Positions 15,463-25,501 of a stretch of 37,091 bases of DNA are shown piece after piece. Positions within the stretch are counted from its first letter, which is position 1; each line of letters opens with the position of its first letter. Under the pieces are notes generated by a model. That model made no database searches. It saw nothing but the letters and a program-made list of their open reading frames with translations, and had not been told where the DNA came from. The position numbers were made by a program, and so were the translations under genes. The stretch is from a virus. Lineage: Duplodnaviria; Caudoviricetes. The stretch is from positions 1 to 37,091 of the IMG/VR virus record IMGVR_UViG_3300025097_000021; one strand, given 5' to 3'.

Positions 15463-15654
15463 ATGGATTATTTTTCATCAGATGAGTTAGATTCAGTTGC
15501 TTACATTGAAAAGAAGTCAAACGCTGTAGTTTTAAAGTTTTATGGTTTTCCCAATGAAATGACTGCACAATTATTTATTACCTATTCAATGATGAAGATG
15601 GGATTTGATTTTCACCCTATAAATGATGATATGCCAAGTAAAATGATCCACTAA
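15463..15654 (+). CDS. Small hypothetical protein upstream of terL
   Basis: 63 aa, probably leaderless. Confidence 0.55.
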   Translation: MDYFSSDELDSVAYIEKKSNAVVLKFYGFPNEMTAQLFITYSMMKMGFDFHPINDDMPSKMIH

Positions 15655-15660
15655 ACATAT

Positions 15661-16932
15661 ATGGATATAAAAATACCCTATACGCCTAGAAAGCACCAAG
15701 CCTATTTACATAAGGAAATATCTAAACGAAGATGGAGTGTTCTGGTATGTCATAGACGATTTGGCAAAACAGTATGTATGATCAACCATTTAATTAGGTC
15801 AGCACTACTGACCAAAAAAAAACACCCTAGATTTGCCTACATTGCTCCAACCTTCAAACAAGCTAAAGCTATTGCCTGGGACTACATGAAACAGTTTACT
15901 GCAAAGATACCTTATACAAAATTTAACGAAACTGAACTTAGGGTAGATTTACCTAATGGCTCTCGTATTACTTTGCTAGGCTCAGATTCACCTGATGGAT
16001 TAAGAGGTATATATTTAGATGGCTGCGTAATAGATGAATATGCAAATGTAACCGACAAGCTATTTCCAGAAATAATTAGACCAGCACTTTCTGATAGAAA
16101 AGGATATTGTATATTTATTGGAACTCCGGCTGGAATGAACAATAATTTTTACGAACTCTATCAACACGCACAGGGAGCAGACGACTGGTTCAATTATAAA
16201 GCAAAAGCGAGTGATACCCAGATTGTAGATGAGGAGGAGCTTAGCAAGGCGAAAGAAGTTATGGGAGAGAAGAAGTATCTACAGGAGTTTGAGTGCGATT
16301 GGGTTGCTAACATTGAGGGAGCAATTTATAGCGATGCTTTAACTAAAATGGAAAACTCCAAACAGATTACTAGAGTTCCTTATGATCCTTCATTACCAGT
16401 TTCAACTAGCATGGATCTAGGTGTAGCAGATCATACCGCTATAATATTTTTCCAGCAGTTAGGAAGAGCAATTAATATTATTGATTATTATGAAGAGAGA
16501 GGTCAAGGATTACCACACTATATTCAGATGTTAAAAGATAAAGATTATATTTATGATAAACATTATGCTCCACACGATATTGAAGTTACTGATTTTAGTA
16601 ATGGTAAAACTAGAAGGGAGGTTGCTTTTCAATTAGGAATTAGATTTAAGGTCGTGCCGAAAATTCCATTGGAAGATGGCATCCACGCAACATCAATGGT
16701 TCTGCCTAGGTGCTGGATTGATACTGACCATTGCAAAAAGTTAATAGATGCGTTAAGACATTATCACAGGAAGTATATTGATAAAAATAGAATGTTTAGA
16801 TCAAAGCCTGTACACGATTGGAGTTCACACGCAGCAGATGCCATGAGGTATCTAGCTGTTGGACTGCAGGAATTAAATAGTAGACAAACTGCTCCACAAA
16901 GTATAGCAGATAATAGTTATAGGATTATATAA
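15661..16932 (+). CDS. terL: Terminase large subunit
   Basis: Walker A HRRFGKT, Walker B CVIDE, coupling IGTP, RNase H-like nuclease SMDLG...HDWSSHAADA. Confidence 0.95.
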   Translation: MDIKIPYTPRKHQAYLHKEISKRRWSVLVCHRRFGKTVCMINHLIRSALLTKKKHPRFAYIAPTFKQAKAIAWDYMKQFTAKIPYTKFNETELRVDLPNGSRITLLGSDSPDGLRGIYLDGCVIDEYANVTDKLFPEIIRPALSDRKGYCIFIGTPAGMNNNFYELYQHAQGADDWFNYKAKASDTQIVDEEELSKAKEVMGEKKYLQEFECDWVANIEGAIYSDALTKMENSKQITRVPYDPSLPVSTSMDLGVADHTAIIFFQQLGRAINIIDYYEERGQGLPHYIQMLKDKDYIYDKHYAPHDIEVTDFSNGKTRREVAFQLGIRFKVVPKIPLEDGIHATSMVLPRCWIDTDHCKKLIDALRHYHRKYIDKNRMFRSKPVHDWSSHAADAMRYLAVGLQELNSRQTAPQSIADNSYRII

Positions 16933-17151
16933 ATGGGATCAATATTCAGACCAAAAATGCCACCACTTCCAGCAGTTGCACCGCCACCAGAGCCACCAAA
17001 GTCTGAAGTATCCTCGGAAGATAAAGAAAGAATTGCAAAAGAACAAGCCGCTATTCGTAGAAGAAAGTCAGGTAGACAATCAACAATATTAACAGGACCT
17101 CTTGGAATACAAGAGGATAAAGAGGAAGCGTTAGATACGCTATTAGGATAA
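16933..17151 (+). CDS. Small Pro-rich virion-associated protein
   Basis: MGSIF.P..P...GRQSTILT motif typical ahead of podovirus portals. Confidence 0.6.
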   Translation: MGSIFRPKMPPLPAVAPPPEPPKSEVSSEDKERIAKEQAAIRRRKSGRQSTILTGPLGIQEDKEEALDTLLG

Positions 17152-17158
17152 ATTAATT

Positions 17159-17782
17159 ATGCCACATCATCATGGAAGAACTGGAAGATCAGCAGGAGTA
17201 AAACAAAGTGGTGGAGCAAGTCCTCATGGACAACCAGCTCATAAAACATCTGTTTCATCAGGAGCAGCTCATAGTCAAAAAACTAAAGTACAAGCAAATA
17301 TAAAGGCAAATAAACCAAGTTTAATAGAAAGCATTGTAAGTAAGTCTGCAACCTTACAAATAATAAAAGGTATGGGAGAAGCTCTTACAAAAAGTGCTAA
17401 AGAACATAATTTAGCTAGAAGAAAAAAACATATTATAAAATACAATAAAAGTGTTCATCCTTCTCAAAGAATAGATATGACAGATGAAATGTTATCTTCT
17501 ACTGAAGGCTTAAATATTTTAAGAGAAAAAACTAAATACACTACAGCTGCTGATACTCCTAAAGATAATGATGGACCTCCTGTTAAAAAAGTTGTAGGTG
17601 GTCAAACAATTTTAGCAGCAGCTCCAACAGAAGCTGAAGTATCACAATCAGATGCTGCTAATGCTGCCGAGACAAAATTAACTAAGAGAAGAGTAAAAGC
17701 AAGAGGAAGAAAAATGAATATATATACTCAATCAAAAGATAAACTTAAACTAGGTAAGAAAAGTTTATTAGGAGTAGTTTAG
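17159..17782 (+). CDS. Basic low-complexity virion-associated protein
   Basis: Ends LGKKSLLG directly before the portal. Confidence 0.55.
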   Translation: MPHHHGRTGRSAGVKQSGGASPHGQPAHKTSVSSGAAHSQKTKVQANIKANKPSLIESIVSKSATLQIIKGMGEALTKSAKEHNLARRKKHIIKYNKSVHPSQRIDMTDEMLSSTEGLNILREKTKYTTAADTPKDNDGPPVKKVVGGQTILAAAPTEAEVSQSDAANAAETKLTKRRVKARGRKMNIYTQSKDKLKLGKKSLLGVV

Positions 17783-19416
17783 TGGCAAAGACAGATTTAA
17801 CAAAAAAATTATTATCAAGATTTGATAGATTAAAAAGTCAAAGACAAACCTGGGAAACACATTGGCAAGAAGTTGCTGATTACATGATGCCAAGAAAAGC
17901 AGATGTAACCAAACACAGAGCCAGAGGTGATAAACGAACAGAAATGATCTTTGATTCTTCTCCCTTACAAGCAGTAGAATTATTAGCGGCATCCCTACAT
18001 GGAATGTTGACTAATCCTTCTACTCCTTGGTTTACTTTAAAATTTAAAAATGAAGATATAAATTCAGAGGAAGAAGCAAAACTTTGGTTGGAAAGTGCGA
18101 CTGAAACTATGTACACCGCATTTAATAGCTCAAACTTTCAACAAGAAATTTTTGAACTGTATCACGATTTAATTACTTTTGGAACTTCTTGTATGTATGT
18201 ACAGGAAGATGATAAAGAAATATTAAAATTTTCTACAAGACATGTTAAAGAAATTTATATTGCTGAAGATGAAAAAGGTAGAATAGATACTGTTTATAGA
18301 AAATTTAATTTATCAGCCAGAGCTGTAGTTCAAGCATTTTCTTTTGAAAATAAAATATCACCAGATGTGTTGGCACTTTCACAAAAAGATCCTTATCAAG
18401 ATGTAGAATTATTACACGCAGTTTATCCAAGATCAGACTTTAATCCTAATTTAAAAGATCAAGAAAATATGCCATTTGAATCTGTTTATATTGAAATGAA
18501 GAATGGTAACGAATTATCTATATCTGGATTTCAAGAATTTCCTTTTGTATGTCCTAGATATTTAAAAGCATCACATGAAATTTATGGTAGATCACCTGCA
18601 ATGACAGCACTACCGGATGTGAAGATGCTAAATGAAATGTCAAAAACTACAATCAAAGCTGCACAGAAACAAGTAGACCCACCTCTATTAGTTCCTGATG
18701 ATGGTTTCCTACTTCCAGTCAGAACTATACCAGGTGGATTAAATTTTTATAGATCAGGTACTAGAGATAGAATTGAACCTTTAAACATTGGAGCAAATAA
18801 TCCATTAGGTTTAAATATGGAACAGCAAAGAAGAGACTCCATTAGAGAAGTATTTTATGTAAACCAATTACAATTACAACAAGGTCCACAAATGACAGCA
18901 ACAGAAGTAATCCAAAGAAATGAAGAGAAGATGAGATTACTAGGACCGGTATTAGGTAGACTACAATCAGAATTATTAAAACCACTTATTGATAGAACTT
19001 TTAATATTTTATTAAGAAGAGAACAATTTATTCCAGCTCCTGAATTTTTATCAGATCAAGATATAGAAATAGAATATGTTTCACCTCTTGCTAAAGCACA
19101 AAAATCTTCAGAACTTTCATCAATAACTAGAGCAATAGAAATATTAGGTAGTCTTGCAAATGTTGCTCCTGTATTTGATTATATTAATTTTGATGCGTTA
19201 GTTAAACATGTTGCAAGTATTGTTGGCGTTCCGCAAAAAATATTAAAGACACAATCACAAGTTAATGCTGAAAGAGAAGAACAAGCAGCACAAGCTGAAC
19301 AACAACAACAAATGGCTCAAATGCAACAAGTTGCACAAGCCGGAGGAGATATAGCACCACTAGCGAAAGCATTGCCAGAAGAAGCAAAAGCAATAGCAAA
19401 CGCAGAAGCTGGATAA
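17782..19416 (+). CDS. Head-tail connector (portal), T7 gp8/BPP-1-like family
   Basis: 544 aa; YGRSPAM, MTATEV..R.EE, EYVSPLA motifs and Q-rich C-terminus. Confidence 0.93.
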   Translation: MAKTDLTKKLLSRFDRLKSQRQTWETHWQEVADYMMPRKADVTKHRARGDKRTEMIFDSSPLQAVELLAASLHGMLTNPSTPWFTLKFKNEDINSEEEAKLWLESATETMYTAFNSSNFQQEIFELYHDLITFGTSCMYVQEDDKEILKFSTRHVKEIYIAEDEKGRIDTVYRKFNLSARAVVQAFSFENKISPDVLALSQKDPYQDVELLHAVYPRSDFNPNLKDQENMPFESVYIEMKNGNELSISGFQEFPFVCPRYLKASHEIYGRSPAMTALPDVKMLNEMSKTTIKAAQKQVDPPLLVPDDGFLLPVRTIPGGLNFYRSGTRDRIEPLNIGANNPLGLNMEQQRRDSIREVFYVNQLQLQQGPQMTATEVIQRNEEKMRLLGPVLGRLQSELLKPLIDRTFNILLRREQFIPAPEFLSDQDIEIEYVSPLAKAQKSSELSSITRAIEILGSLANVAPVFDYINFDALVKHVASIVGVPQKILKTQSQVNAEREEQAAQAEQQQQMAQMQQVAQAGGDIAPLAKALPEEAKAIANAEAG

Positions 19417-19417
19417 T

Positions 19418-19651
19418 ATGGATTCAAAACAACTAGAAAAACATATACAAAATTTAAAAAACAATTATAAAATTATGTTTAATTCAGGCGAGGGTAAAGT
19501 AATCTTAGCTGATCTTGAAAAAAGATGTCATTATCATTCTACCACTAATGTAAAAGGTGATAGCCATGAGAGTGCATATATGGAAGGACAACGCAGCGTT
19601 CTTCTATTTATTAAATCAATGCTGCAAAATGAAAATGAAAAAGGTAAATAA
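19418..19651 (+). CDS. Bbp19-like small protein
   Basis: F...GK.IL.DLEKRC...AYMEGQRSV motif after the portal. Confidence 0.65.
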   Translation: MDSKQLEKHIQNLKNNYKIMFNSGEGKVILADLEKRCHYHSTTNVKGDSHESAYMEGQRSVLLFIKSMLQNENEKGK

Positions 19652-19653
19652 AA

Positions 19654-20535
19654 ATGTCAAGCGAACAGATAACACAGGAAACTGTGCCTGTAGAAAAAAC
19701 GACTACAGCACAGACAGAAGAAAAACCGGTAGCAACTCCTACAGCAGTTAGAGGAGCAGATACACCTGCACCACAACAATCAACTTGGAAAGATTCTATT
19801 AGCGAAGTCTATAGAAATGATCCTAACATTGAAAAATTTACTGAAGCAGATGCTTTAGCTAAATCTTATATCAATGCAGTAAAAATGATTGGTCAGGATA
19901 AAATAGCAATACCAACAAATAATTCAACTCAAGAAGCGTGGGATGAAGCATATAATAAATTGGGTAGACCAGAGTCTGCTGAAAAATATGATTTAGATAT
20001 TAATTCAGAAATTGTAGCAATGGATGAAAATCAAATTAAATCCTTTGCCGAGCAATCTCATAAATTAGGTTTAAATAATAAACAGGCTCAAGGAATATTA
20101 GAGTTTTATAAAGATAATATGGAAGGCTCTGTACAACAATCAAAAATAGATATTGAAACTTCACAAGCTCAAGCAGAACAACATTTAAGACAAGAATGGG
20201 GTAGAGATTATGATGCTAAAGTAAAACAAGCTGGTGCAGTAGCAAAAGCTAATATGCCAGGAGTTTTAGATTTAGTATTACAAGATGGTACTAGAGTTGG
20301 TGATAATTCAGAAATTATAAAAGGTTTTTCAAAGATAGCCGCTATGTTTTCTGAAGATAAAATGGTTACAACTGAAAGCGAAAATGTTGATAGTGTTAAA
20401 AATATTGAGCAGGAAATCTCACAAATGATGAATGATAAAGCTCATCCTTATCATATTAAGGGACATCCTGAACATGATAAATCTATACAACAAATGCTTA
20501 CATTAAGAGAAATGTTGAATAGCGATACTAAATAA
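19654..20535 (+). CDS. Capsid assembly scaffolding protein
   Basis: Acidic; LAKSY, KLGRPE and L..EWG motifs; lies between portal and capsid. Confidence 0.8.
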   Translation: MSSEQITQETVPVEKTTTAQTEEKPVATPTAVRGADTPAPQQSTWKDSISEVYRNDPNIEKFTEADALAKSYINAVKMIGQDKIAIPTNNSTQEAWDEAYNKLGRPESAEKYDLDINSEIVAMDENQIKSFAEQSHKLGLNNKQAQGILEFYKDNMEGSVQQSKIDIETSQAQAEQHLRQEWGRDYDAKVKQAGAVAKANMPGVLDLVLQDGTRVGDNSEIIKGFSKIAAMFSEDKMVTTESENVDSVKNIEQEISQMMNDKAHPYHIKGHPEHDKSIQQMLTLREMLNSDTK

Positions 20536-20543
20536 TAATAATT

Positions 20544-20722
20544 TTAATCCCTTGTATTATTATTAAAAATATTATAAGGGATTAATTATAAGAAAATTCG
20601 CAAGAACCTTATTGACAAGCAGCAAAAGACTCTAGTCTAAAAGACTTAAAATCCAAGAGATGCCTATCAATGTTGATGGAGAACCTTTCTGATTTAATCA
20701 ATAATAATATGGAGAGACAATT
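20544..20722 (+). promoter_or_regulatory. Capsid promoter region and structured 5' leader
   Basis: 13-bp inverted repeat TTAATCCCTTGTA/TATAAGGGATTAA, several short hairpins and GGAG SD. Confidence 0.45.
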
Positions 20723-21577
20723 ATGTCATCACAAGTAACAACAGCTTTTGTACAGCAGTATTCTGCTAATGTACAAATGTTGTCCCAACAAATGGGATCG
20801 TTATTAAGAGACAAAGTCAGAGTAGAAAGTATTACAGGAAAAAATGCTTTCTTAGATCAAGTTGGCTCAGTAACTGCAGTTGAAAAAACTAGCAGACATT
20901 CAGACACTCCACAGATAGATACACCCCACGCAAGGCGTAGAATATCTCTGTCGGATTATGAATTTGCTGATTTAATAGATCAAAATGACAAAGTTAGACT
21001 CTTAATAGATCCGACTTCATCTTATGCTCAAGCTGCTGCTATGGCAATGGGAAGAGCAATAGATGATGTGATCATATCTGCTGCACTAGGTACTGCGTAT
21101 ACTGGTGAGACAGGATCAACTAGCACAGCCAATGCGAATTCAATCGCACATGGTTCTGGTGGTTTAACTGTCGCTAAATTAAGAACTGCAAAACAGACTC
21201 TTGATTTAAGCGATGTAGATCCTTCTATACCAAGACACATTATAGTATCACCAAAGCAGATTAGTGATCTTTTAAACATAACTGAGGTAACAAGTGCCGA
21301 TTTTAACACAGTCAAAGCATTGGCTAATGGTGAAATCAACACTTATCTTGGTTTTAACTTCATTGTATCAAACAGACTTGCATTATCTAGCACAACTAGA
21401 TCATGTATAGCCTTCGCACAAGATGGAATAGCTTTAGGTATTGGCAAAGATGTCAATGCTAGAATAGACGAAAGAGCTGACAAATCTTATGCCACTCAAG
21501 TGTACTACTGCATGAGCATCGGTGCTACTAGAATGGAAGAAGATAAAGTTGTTGAAGTACAATGTACTGAATCGTAA
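20723..21577 (+). CDS. Major capsid protein
   Basis: 284 aa; FVQQYSANV.MLSQQMGS.LR, AMGRAIDD and GATRMEE motifs; synteny. Confidence 0.9.
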   Translation: MSSQVTTAFVQQYSANVQMLSQQMGSLLRDKVRVESITGKNAFLDQVGSVTAVEKTSRHSDTPQIDTPHARRRISLSDYEFADLIDQNDKVRLLIDPTSSYAQAAAMAMGRAIDDVIISAALGTAYTGETGSTSTANANSIAHGSGGLTVAKLRTAKQTLDLSDVDPSIPRHIIVSPKQISDLLNITEVTSADFNTVKALANGEINTYLGFNFIVSNRLALSSTTRSCIAFAQDGIALGIGKDVNARIDERADKSYATQVYYCMSIGATRMEEDKVVEVQCTES

Positions 21578-21593
21578 TAGGAGGAAATAAATT

Positions 21594-22091
21594 ATGGCGA
21601 ATGTAAATACAGATATCGTAACTAATTTTGCTGCTACTCCCCAGGTAAAGAATGATTCCCAACAGTTGCACGGTTCAAAAAGAATTGCACAGGGAACTAT
21701 TGCTTTAGATTCTGGAGACTTATCGGCAACTGATACAGTTATGTTAGCTCCTGTACCAACTAATGCTAGTATTTCTTCTATCAAGTTGTTTAATGACGAC
21801 TTAGATTCTGGAACTACTAATACATGCGATGTTGGTTTATGGACTACAGCAGTTGCTGCTGTAGATGACGACTGCTATGCTTCAGCGATTACAGACCTTA
21901 GAGCGGCTGTAGTAACTGGAACTGAAGTAGCGTTTGAAGCTAGAAACATTAACACAATGGGTCAAAAAGTCTGGGAAGATGCTGGACAAAGTTCTGATCC
22001 AGGTGGAGTTTACTATGTCGGTTTAATCTTTGACGCTGCAGGTGATACTGCTGGTGATTTAAGTTTTATAATTGAATATACAGTAGACTAA
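21594..22091 (+). CDS. Capsid decoration/cement protein (Bbp16-like position)
   Basis: 165 aa beta-rich, directly after the MCP; GGAGG SD. Confidence 0.6.
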   Translation: MANVNTDIVTNFAATPQVKNDSQQLHGSKRIAQGTIALDSGDLSATDTVMLAPVPTNASISSIKLFNDDLDSGTTNTCDVGLWTTAVAAVDDDCYASAITDLRAAVVTGTEVAFEARNINTMGQKVWEDAGQSSDPGGVYYVGLIFDAAGDTAGDLSFIIEYTVD

Positions 22092-22101
22092 TAAATAGAA
22101 T

Positions 22102-22141
22102 TAAACAGGCGAGTAGAGGGAGACTGAACCTCGCCTGTTTA
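22102..22141 (+). terminator. 12-bp stem-loop after capsid genes (terminator or RNase III site)
   Basis: TAAACAGGCGAG/CTCGCCTGTTTA with a 16-nt loop; only a short U tract. Confidence 0.6.
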
Positions 22142-22143
22142 GC

Positions 22144-22344
22144 ATGAAACAGATTAAAGATTTAAAACCTGTACTACATTTTAAAAAAAATAATTATGTA
22201 TACAGATATGTTCTTGTAGACCGGTTTCAGTATGGTCCTAAATATCATTATGGATTTGATACTAAACAAGAAAGAACAGAAGAAGAGATATTTGCTTTAG
22301 AAAGAGATAGACAAATAAGGCGTAAGTATATTATAAGGAAGTAA
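22144..22344 (+). CDS. Hypothetical protein, apparent paralog of 2497-2709
   Basis: LHF...VYRYVLV...DTKQ. Confidence 0.6.
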   Translation: MKQIKDLKPVLHFKKNNYVYRYVLVDRFQYGPKYHYGFDTKQERTEEEIFALERDRQIRRKYIIRK

Positions 22345-22345
22345 T

Positions 22346-22927
22346 ATGGCATCAGTAGTAGATATTTGTAATGGAGCATTAAATCAATTAGGAGCATCAA
22401 CAATCCTATCCTTAACAGAAGATTCAAAAAACGCTAGACTTTGCAATTCAAGATACACTCAAGTTAGAGATGCCTTGTTTAGAACACATCCTTGGAATTG
22501 TTTACAAGCAAGATTAGAACTAGCTGCATCAACTACTTCACCGGCATGGGGTTTTACCTATGCTTATACCTTACCAGCAAATTGTTTAAGATTACTTAGA
22601 GTATTAGATTACGATTCAAACTATAAAGTGGAAGGTAGAAAAATATTAAGTAACGCATCCACTATGAAAATATTATATATTTCAAGAGTTACTGATCCCA
22701 ATGAATATGATGAACTATTAAGAGAAACATTATCTGCAGCTTTAGGTGCAGACATTGCTTATGCAGTAACATCTAACAACACAACATCACAAAATATGAT
22801 TTTATCATATCAAGAAAAATTAAAAGATGCTAGATTTGTAGATTCAACTGAAGGTCAGAATGTAGATCACGATTTAGGAATGGCAGATGTTATAGACGCA
22901 GGTTCATTTATTAATTCAAGGTTTTAA
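22346..22927 (+). CDS. Tail tubular protein A (T7 gp11-like adaptor)
   Basis: S.VDICN.AL..LG, HPWN, YTLP..CLR motifs. Confidence 0.85.
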   Translation: MASVVDICNGALNQLGASTILSLTEDSKNARLCNSRYTQVRDALFRTHPWNCLQARLELAASTTSPAWGFTYAYTLPANCLRLLRVLDYDSNYKVEGRKILSNASTMKILYISRVTDPNEYDELLRETLSAALGADIAYAVTSNNTTSQNMILSYQEKLKDARFVDSTEGQNVDHDLGMADVIDAGSFINSRF

Positions 22928-22930
22928 TAT

Positions 22931-25501
22931 ATGGCTAGAGTAGCTGCACAACTTACAAATTTTACCGCAGGTGAATTATCACCTAGATTAGATGGAAGAA
23001 CAGACCTAACAAAATATGCTGCAGGATGTTCAAATTTAGAAAATTTAGTTATCTATCCTCATGGAGCTGCGGCTCGTAGACCAGGTACAACTCATGTAGC
23101 TGAAGTTACTGATAGTTCAAAAAAAACAAGATTAATACCTTTTGAATTTTCAACAACACAAACTTATATTCTTGAATTTTCAAATTTAAAAATAAGATTT
23201 TTTAAAGACAATGGTGCAATATTAGAAGGTGATAAAACTATTACAGGAATTACTCAAGCTAATCCTGCAGTAGTTACATCTAGTTCACATGGTTATTCTA
23301 ATGGTGATGAAATAAAAATTACTTCAGTTGTAGGAATGACCGAAGTAAATAATAAAAGATTTTTAGTTGCAGGTGTAACTACCAATACATTTGAACTACA
23401 AGATAAAGATAGTGTTGATATAAACAGTTCAGGATATACTGCTTATAGTTCAGCAGGAACTGCTAATAAAGTTTATACAATTACTTCTCCTTATTTAGAA
23501 GCAGAATTATTTGATATAAAATTTGCTCAATCTGCTGATGTTATGTATATTACTCATCCCAACCATGAGGTAGAAAAACTATCTCGTACTGGTCATACTT
23601 CTTGGACATTAGCTGATGTAGATTTTACCAATGGACCATTTATAGATGTTAATACAACAGCAACAACTTTAACACCAGCATCTTCAGGTGTTGGAACTGG
23701 AGTTAATATTACAGCCTCTGCCACAACTGGAATTAATGATGACCAAGGATGGTTAGCAACAGATGTGGGTAGACAAATTCATTTTAATGGTGGCTATGCA
23801 AAAATAACCGCTAGGACAAATTCAACTGTTGCAGTCGCAACCATTACAACCGCCTTTACAAATACAAATGCTATTACAGCTTGGTACTTAGGAGCATTTT
23901 CTGATACCACAGGTCATCCTTCCTGCGTAACATTTTTTGAACAAAGATTAGTTTTTGCCGCAACATTAAGTAATCCACAAACAGTTTATTTTTCAAAATC
24001 TGGTGATTATGAAAACATGGATGCTAATATTGGTGGTACTGTAGCTGATGATGATGCAATTATTTATACAATCGCATCTAACCAAGTTAATGCAATTAGA
24101 TTTATGTCAGCAACAAGAACTCTAATTATTGGAACTGCCGGTGGTGAATTTGCAGTTAGTGGAGGTGGAGATGACAGCTCTGTTACTCCAACAAATATAT
24201 TGATTAAAAAACAAACAAATAATGGTGGAGCTAATGTAGATGCTGTAGCAGTTGGTAATGCTACTTTATTTTTACAAAGAGCAAAAAGAAAAATTAGAGA
24301 ATTAGCTTATAATTTTGATGTAGATGGTTATTCTTCACCTGATCTAACTATCCTTGCCGAACATGTTACTTCCGGTGGAATAACTCAAATGGCTTTTCAG
24401 GGTGAACCATTATCAATTTTATGGTGCGTTAGAGGAGATGGTGAATTAGCAGCATTAACTTATCAAAGAGAACAGGAAGTTGTTGCCTGGCATAGACATA
24501 TTTTTGGTGGAAGATTTGGTGCTGCAACAATTACAGTTTCTGATTATGCAAATATAGCAACTGGAACAAGATTATTATTAACTAAATCAGATGGTACGAC
24601 AGTTACTTTTACTTCTACAACAGGAACTGCTGGAACAGATGAATTTAAAACTCAAACTAATAATAACACAACAGCAGATAATATTTATACTGCTATTAAT
24701 GCTCACGCTGATTTTACAGTTGCCAATCCTGCCGCAGCAGTTGTTACAGTTACAGAAACATCTCCTTCGCCTACAGGATTTTTAACAATTAAATCTGTAG
24801 ATGATACAACGAGATTAACAACAACAGATCAAGGTAAAGCTGTATGTGAAAGTGTTGCTGTAATTCCAACCGATGATTCAGAATATCAAGTATGGGTTAT
24901 TGTTAAAAGAACAGTTAATGGATCAACTAGAAGATATGTTGAATACTTAAATATATTTGATTTTGATGAAACAGATAATACATCATTTAATTTTTTAGAT
25001 AGTGCTTTAAGCTATAGTGGAACTGCTGCAACAACATTTACAGGACTAGATCATTTAGAGGGACAAACAGTTGCCATATTAGCAGATGGTGCAACACATC
25101 CAGATAAACCTGTAAGTTCAGGAAGTGTTGTTTTAGATCGTTCTGCAACAAATGTTAAAATGGGATTAGCTTATCATTCAATATTAAAAACAATGAGAAT
25201 AGATGCTGGTTCACAAGATGGAACATCTCAAGGAAAAACTAAAAGAATTTATGAAATTACTGCTAGATTATATCAAAGTGTTGGCGTTGAGATAGGACCA
25301 GACTTATCAAATATGGAAAGAATACCATTTAGAACTTCTGCTAATCCTATGGATGAAGGAATCCCAGTATTCACAGGAGATAAAGAAGTAGAGTTTAGAG
25401 GAAATTATGATACTGATGGATATATTCTTGTTAGGCAAACTCAACCTTTACCTTTTACAATTTTATCGTTATACCCAAGATTACAAACAAATGATGGATA
25501 A
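22931..25501 (+). CDS. Tail tubular protein B (T7 gp12-like nozzle) with inserted domains
   Basis: NFTAGELSPRL.GR, RLIPFEFS, FFEQRL and AWHRH motifs. Confidence 0.85.
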   Translation: MARVAAQLTNFTAGELSPRLDGRTDLTKYAAGCSNLENLVIYPHGAAARRPGTTHVAEVTDSSKKTRLIPFEFSTTQTYILEFSNLKIRFFKDNGAILEGDKTITGITQANPAVVTSSSHGYSNGDEIKITSVVGMTEVNNKRFLVAGVTTNTFELQDKDSVDINSSGYTAYSSAGTANKVYTITSPYLEAELFDIKFAQSADVMYITHPNHEVEKLSRTGHTSWTLADVDFTNGPFIDVNTTATTLTPASSGVGTGVNITASATTGINDDQGWLATDVGRQIHFNGGYAKITARTNSTVAVATITTAFTNTNAITAWYLGAFSDTTGHPSCVTFFEQRLVFAATLSNPQTVYFSKSGDYENMDANIGGTVADDDAIIYTIASNQVNAIRFMSATRTLIIGTAGGEFAVSGGGDDSSVTPTNILIKKQTNNGGANVDAVAVGNATLFLQRAKRKIRELAYNFDVDGYSSPDLTILAEHVTSGGITQMAFQGEPLSILWCVRGDGELAALTYQREQEVVAWHRHIFGGRFGAATITVSDYANIATGTRLLLTKSDGTTVTFTSTTGTAGTDEFKTQTNNNTTADNIYTAINAHADFTVANPAAAVVTVTETSPSPTGFLTIKSVDDTTRLTTTDQGKAVCESVAVIPTDDSEYQVWVIVKRTVNGSTRRYVEYLNIFDFDETDNTSFNFLDSALSYSGTAATTFTGLDHLEGQTVAILADGATHPDKPVSSGSVVLDRSATNVKMGLAYHSILKTMRIDAGSQDGTSQGKTKRIYEITARLYQSVGVEIGPDLSNMERIPFRTSANPMDEGIPVFTGDKEVEFRGNYDTDGYILVRQTQPLPFTILSLYPRLQTNDG

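Noticed and set aside
15266-15568. ORFs 15266-15568 (-), 15270-15485 (+) and 14864-15058 (+)
   Set aside because: No SD, atypical composition derived from C-rich or T-rich tracts, and overlap with better-supported features.
21540-21600. T7-like capsid frameshift/readthrough into the decoration gene
   Set aside because: The MCP ends in tandem stops TAA TAG, no slippery heptamer is evident, and the next gene has its own GGAGG SD.
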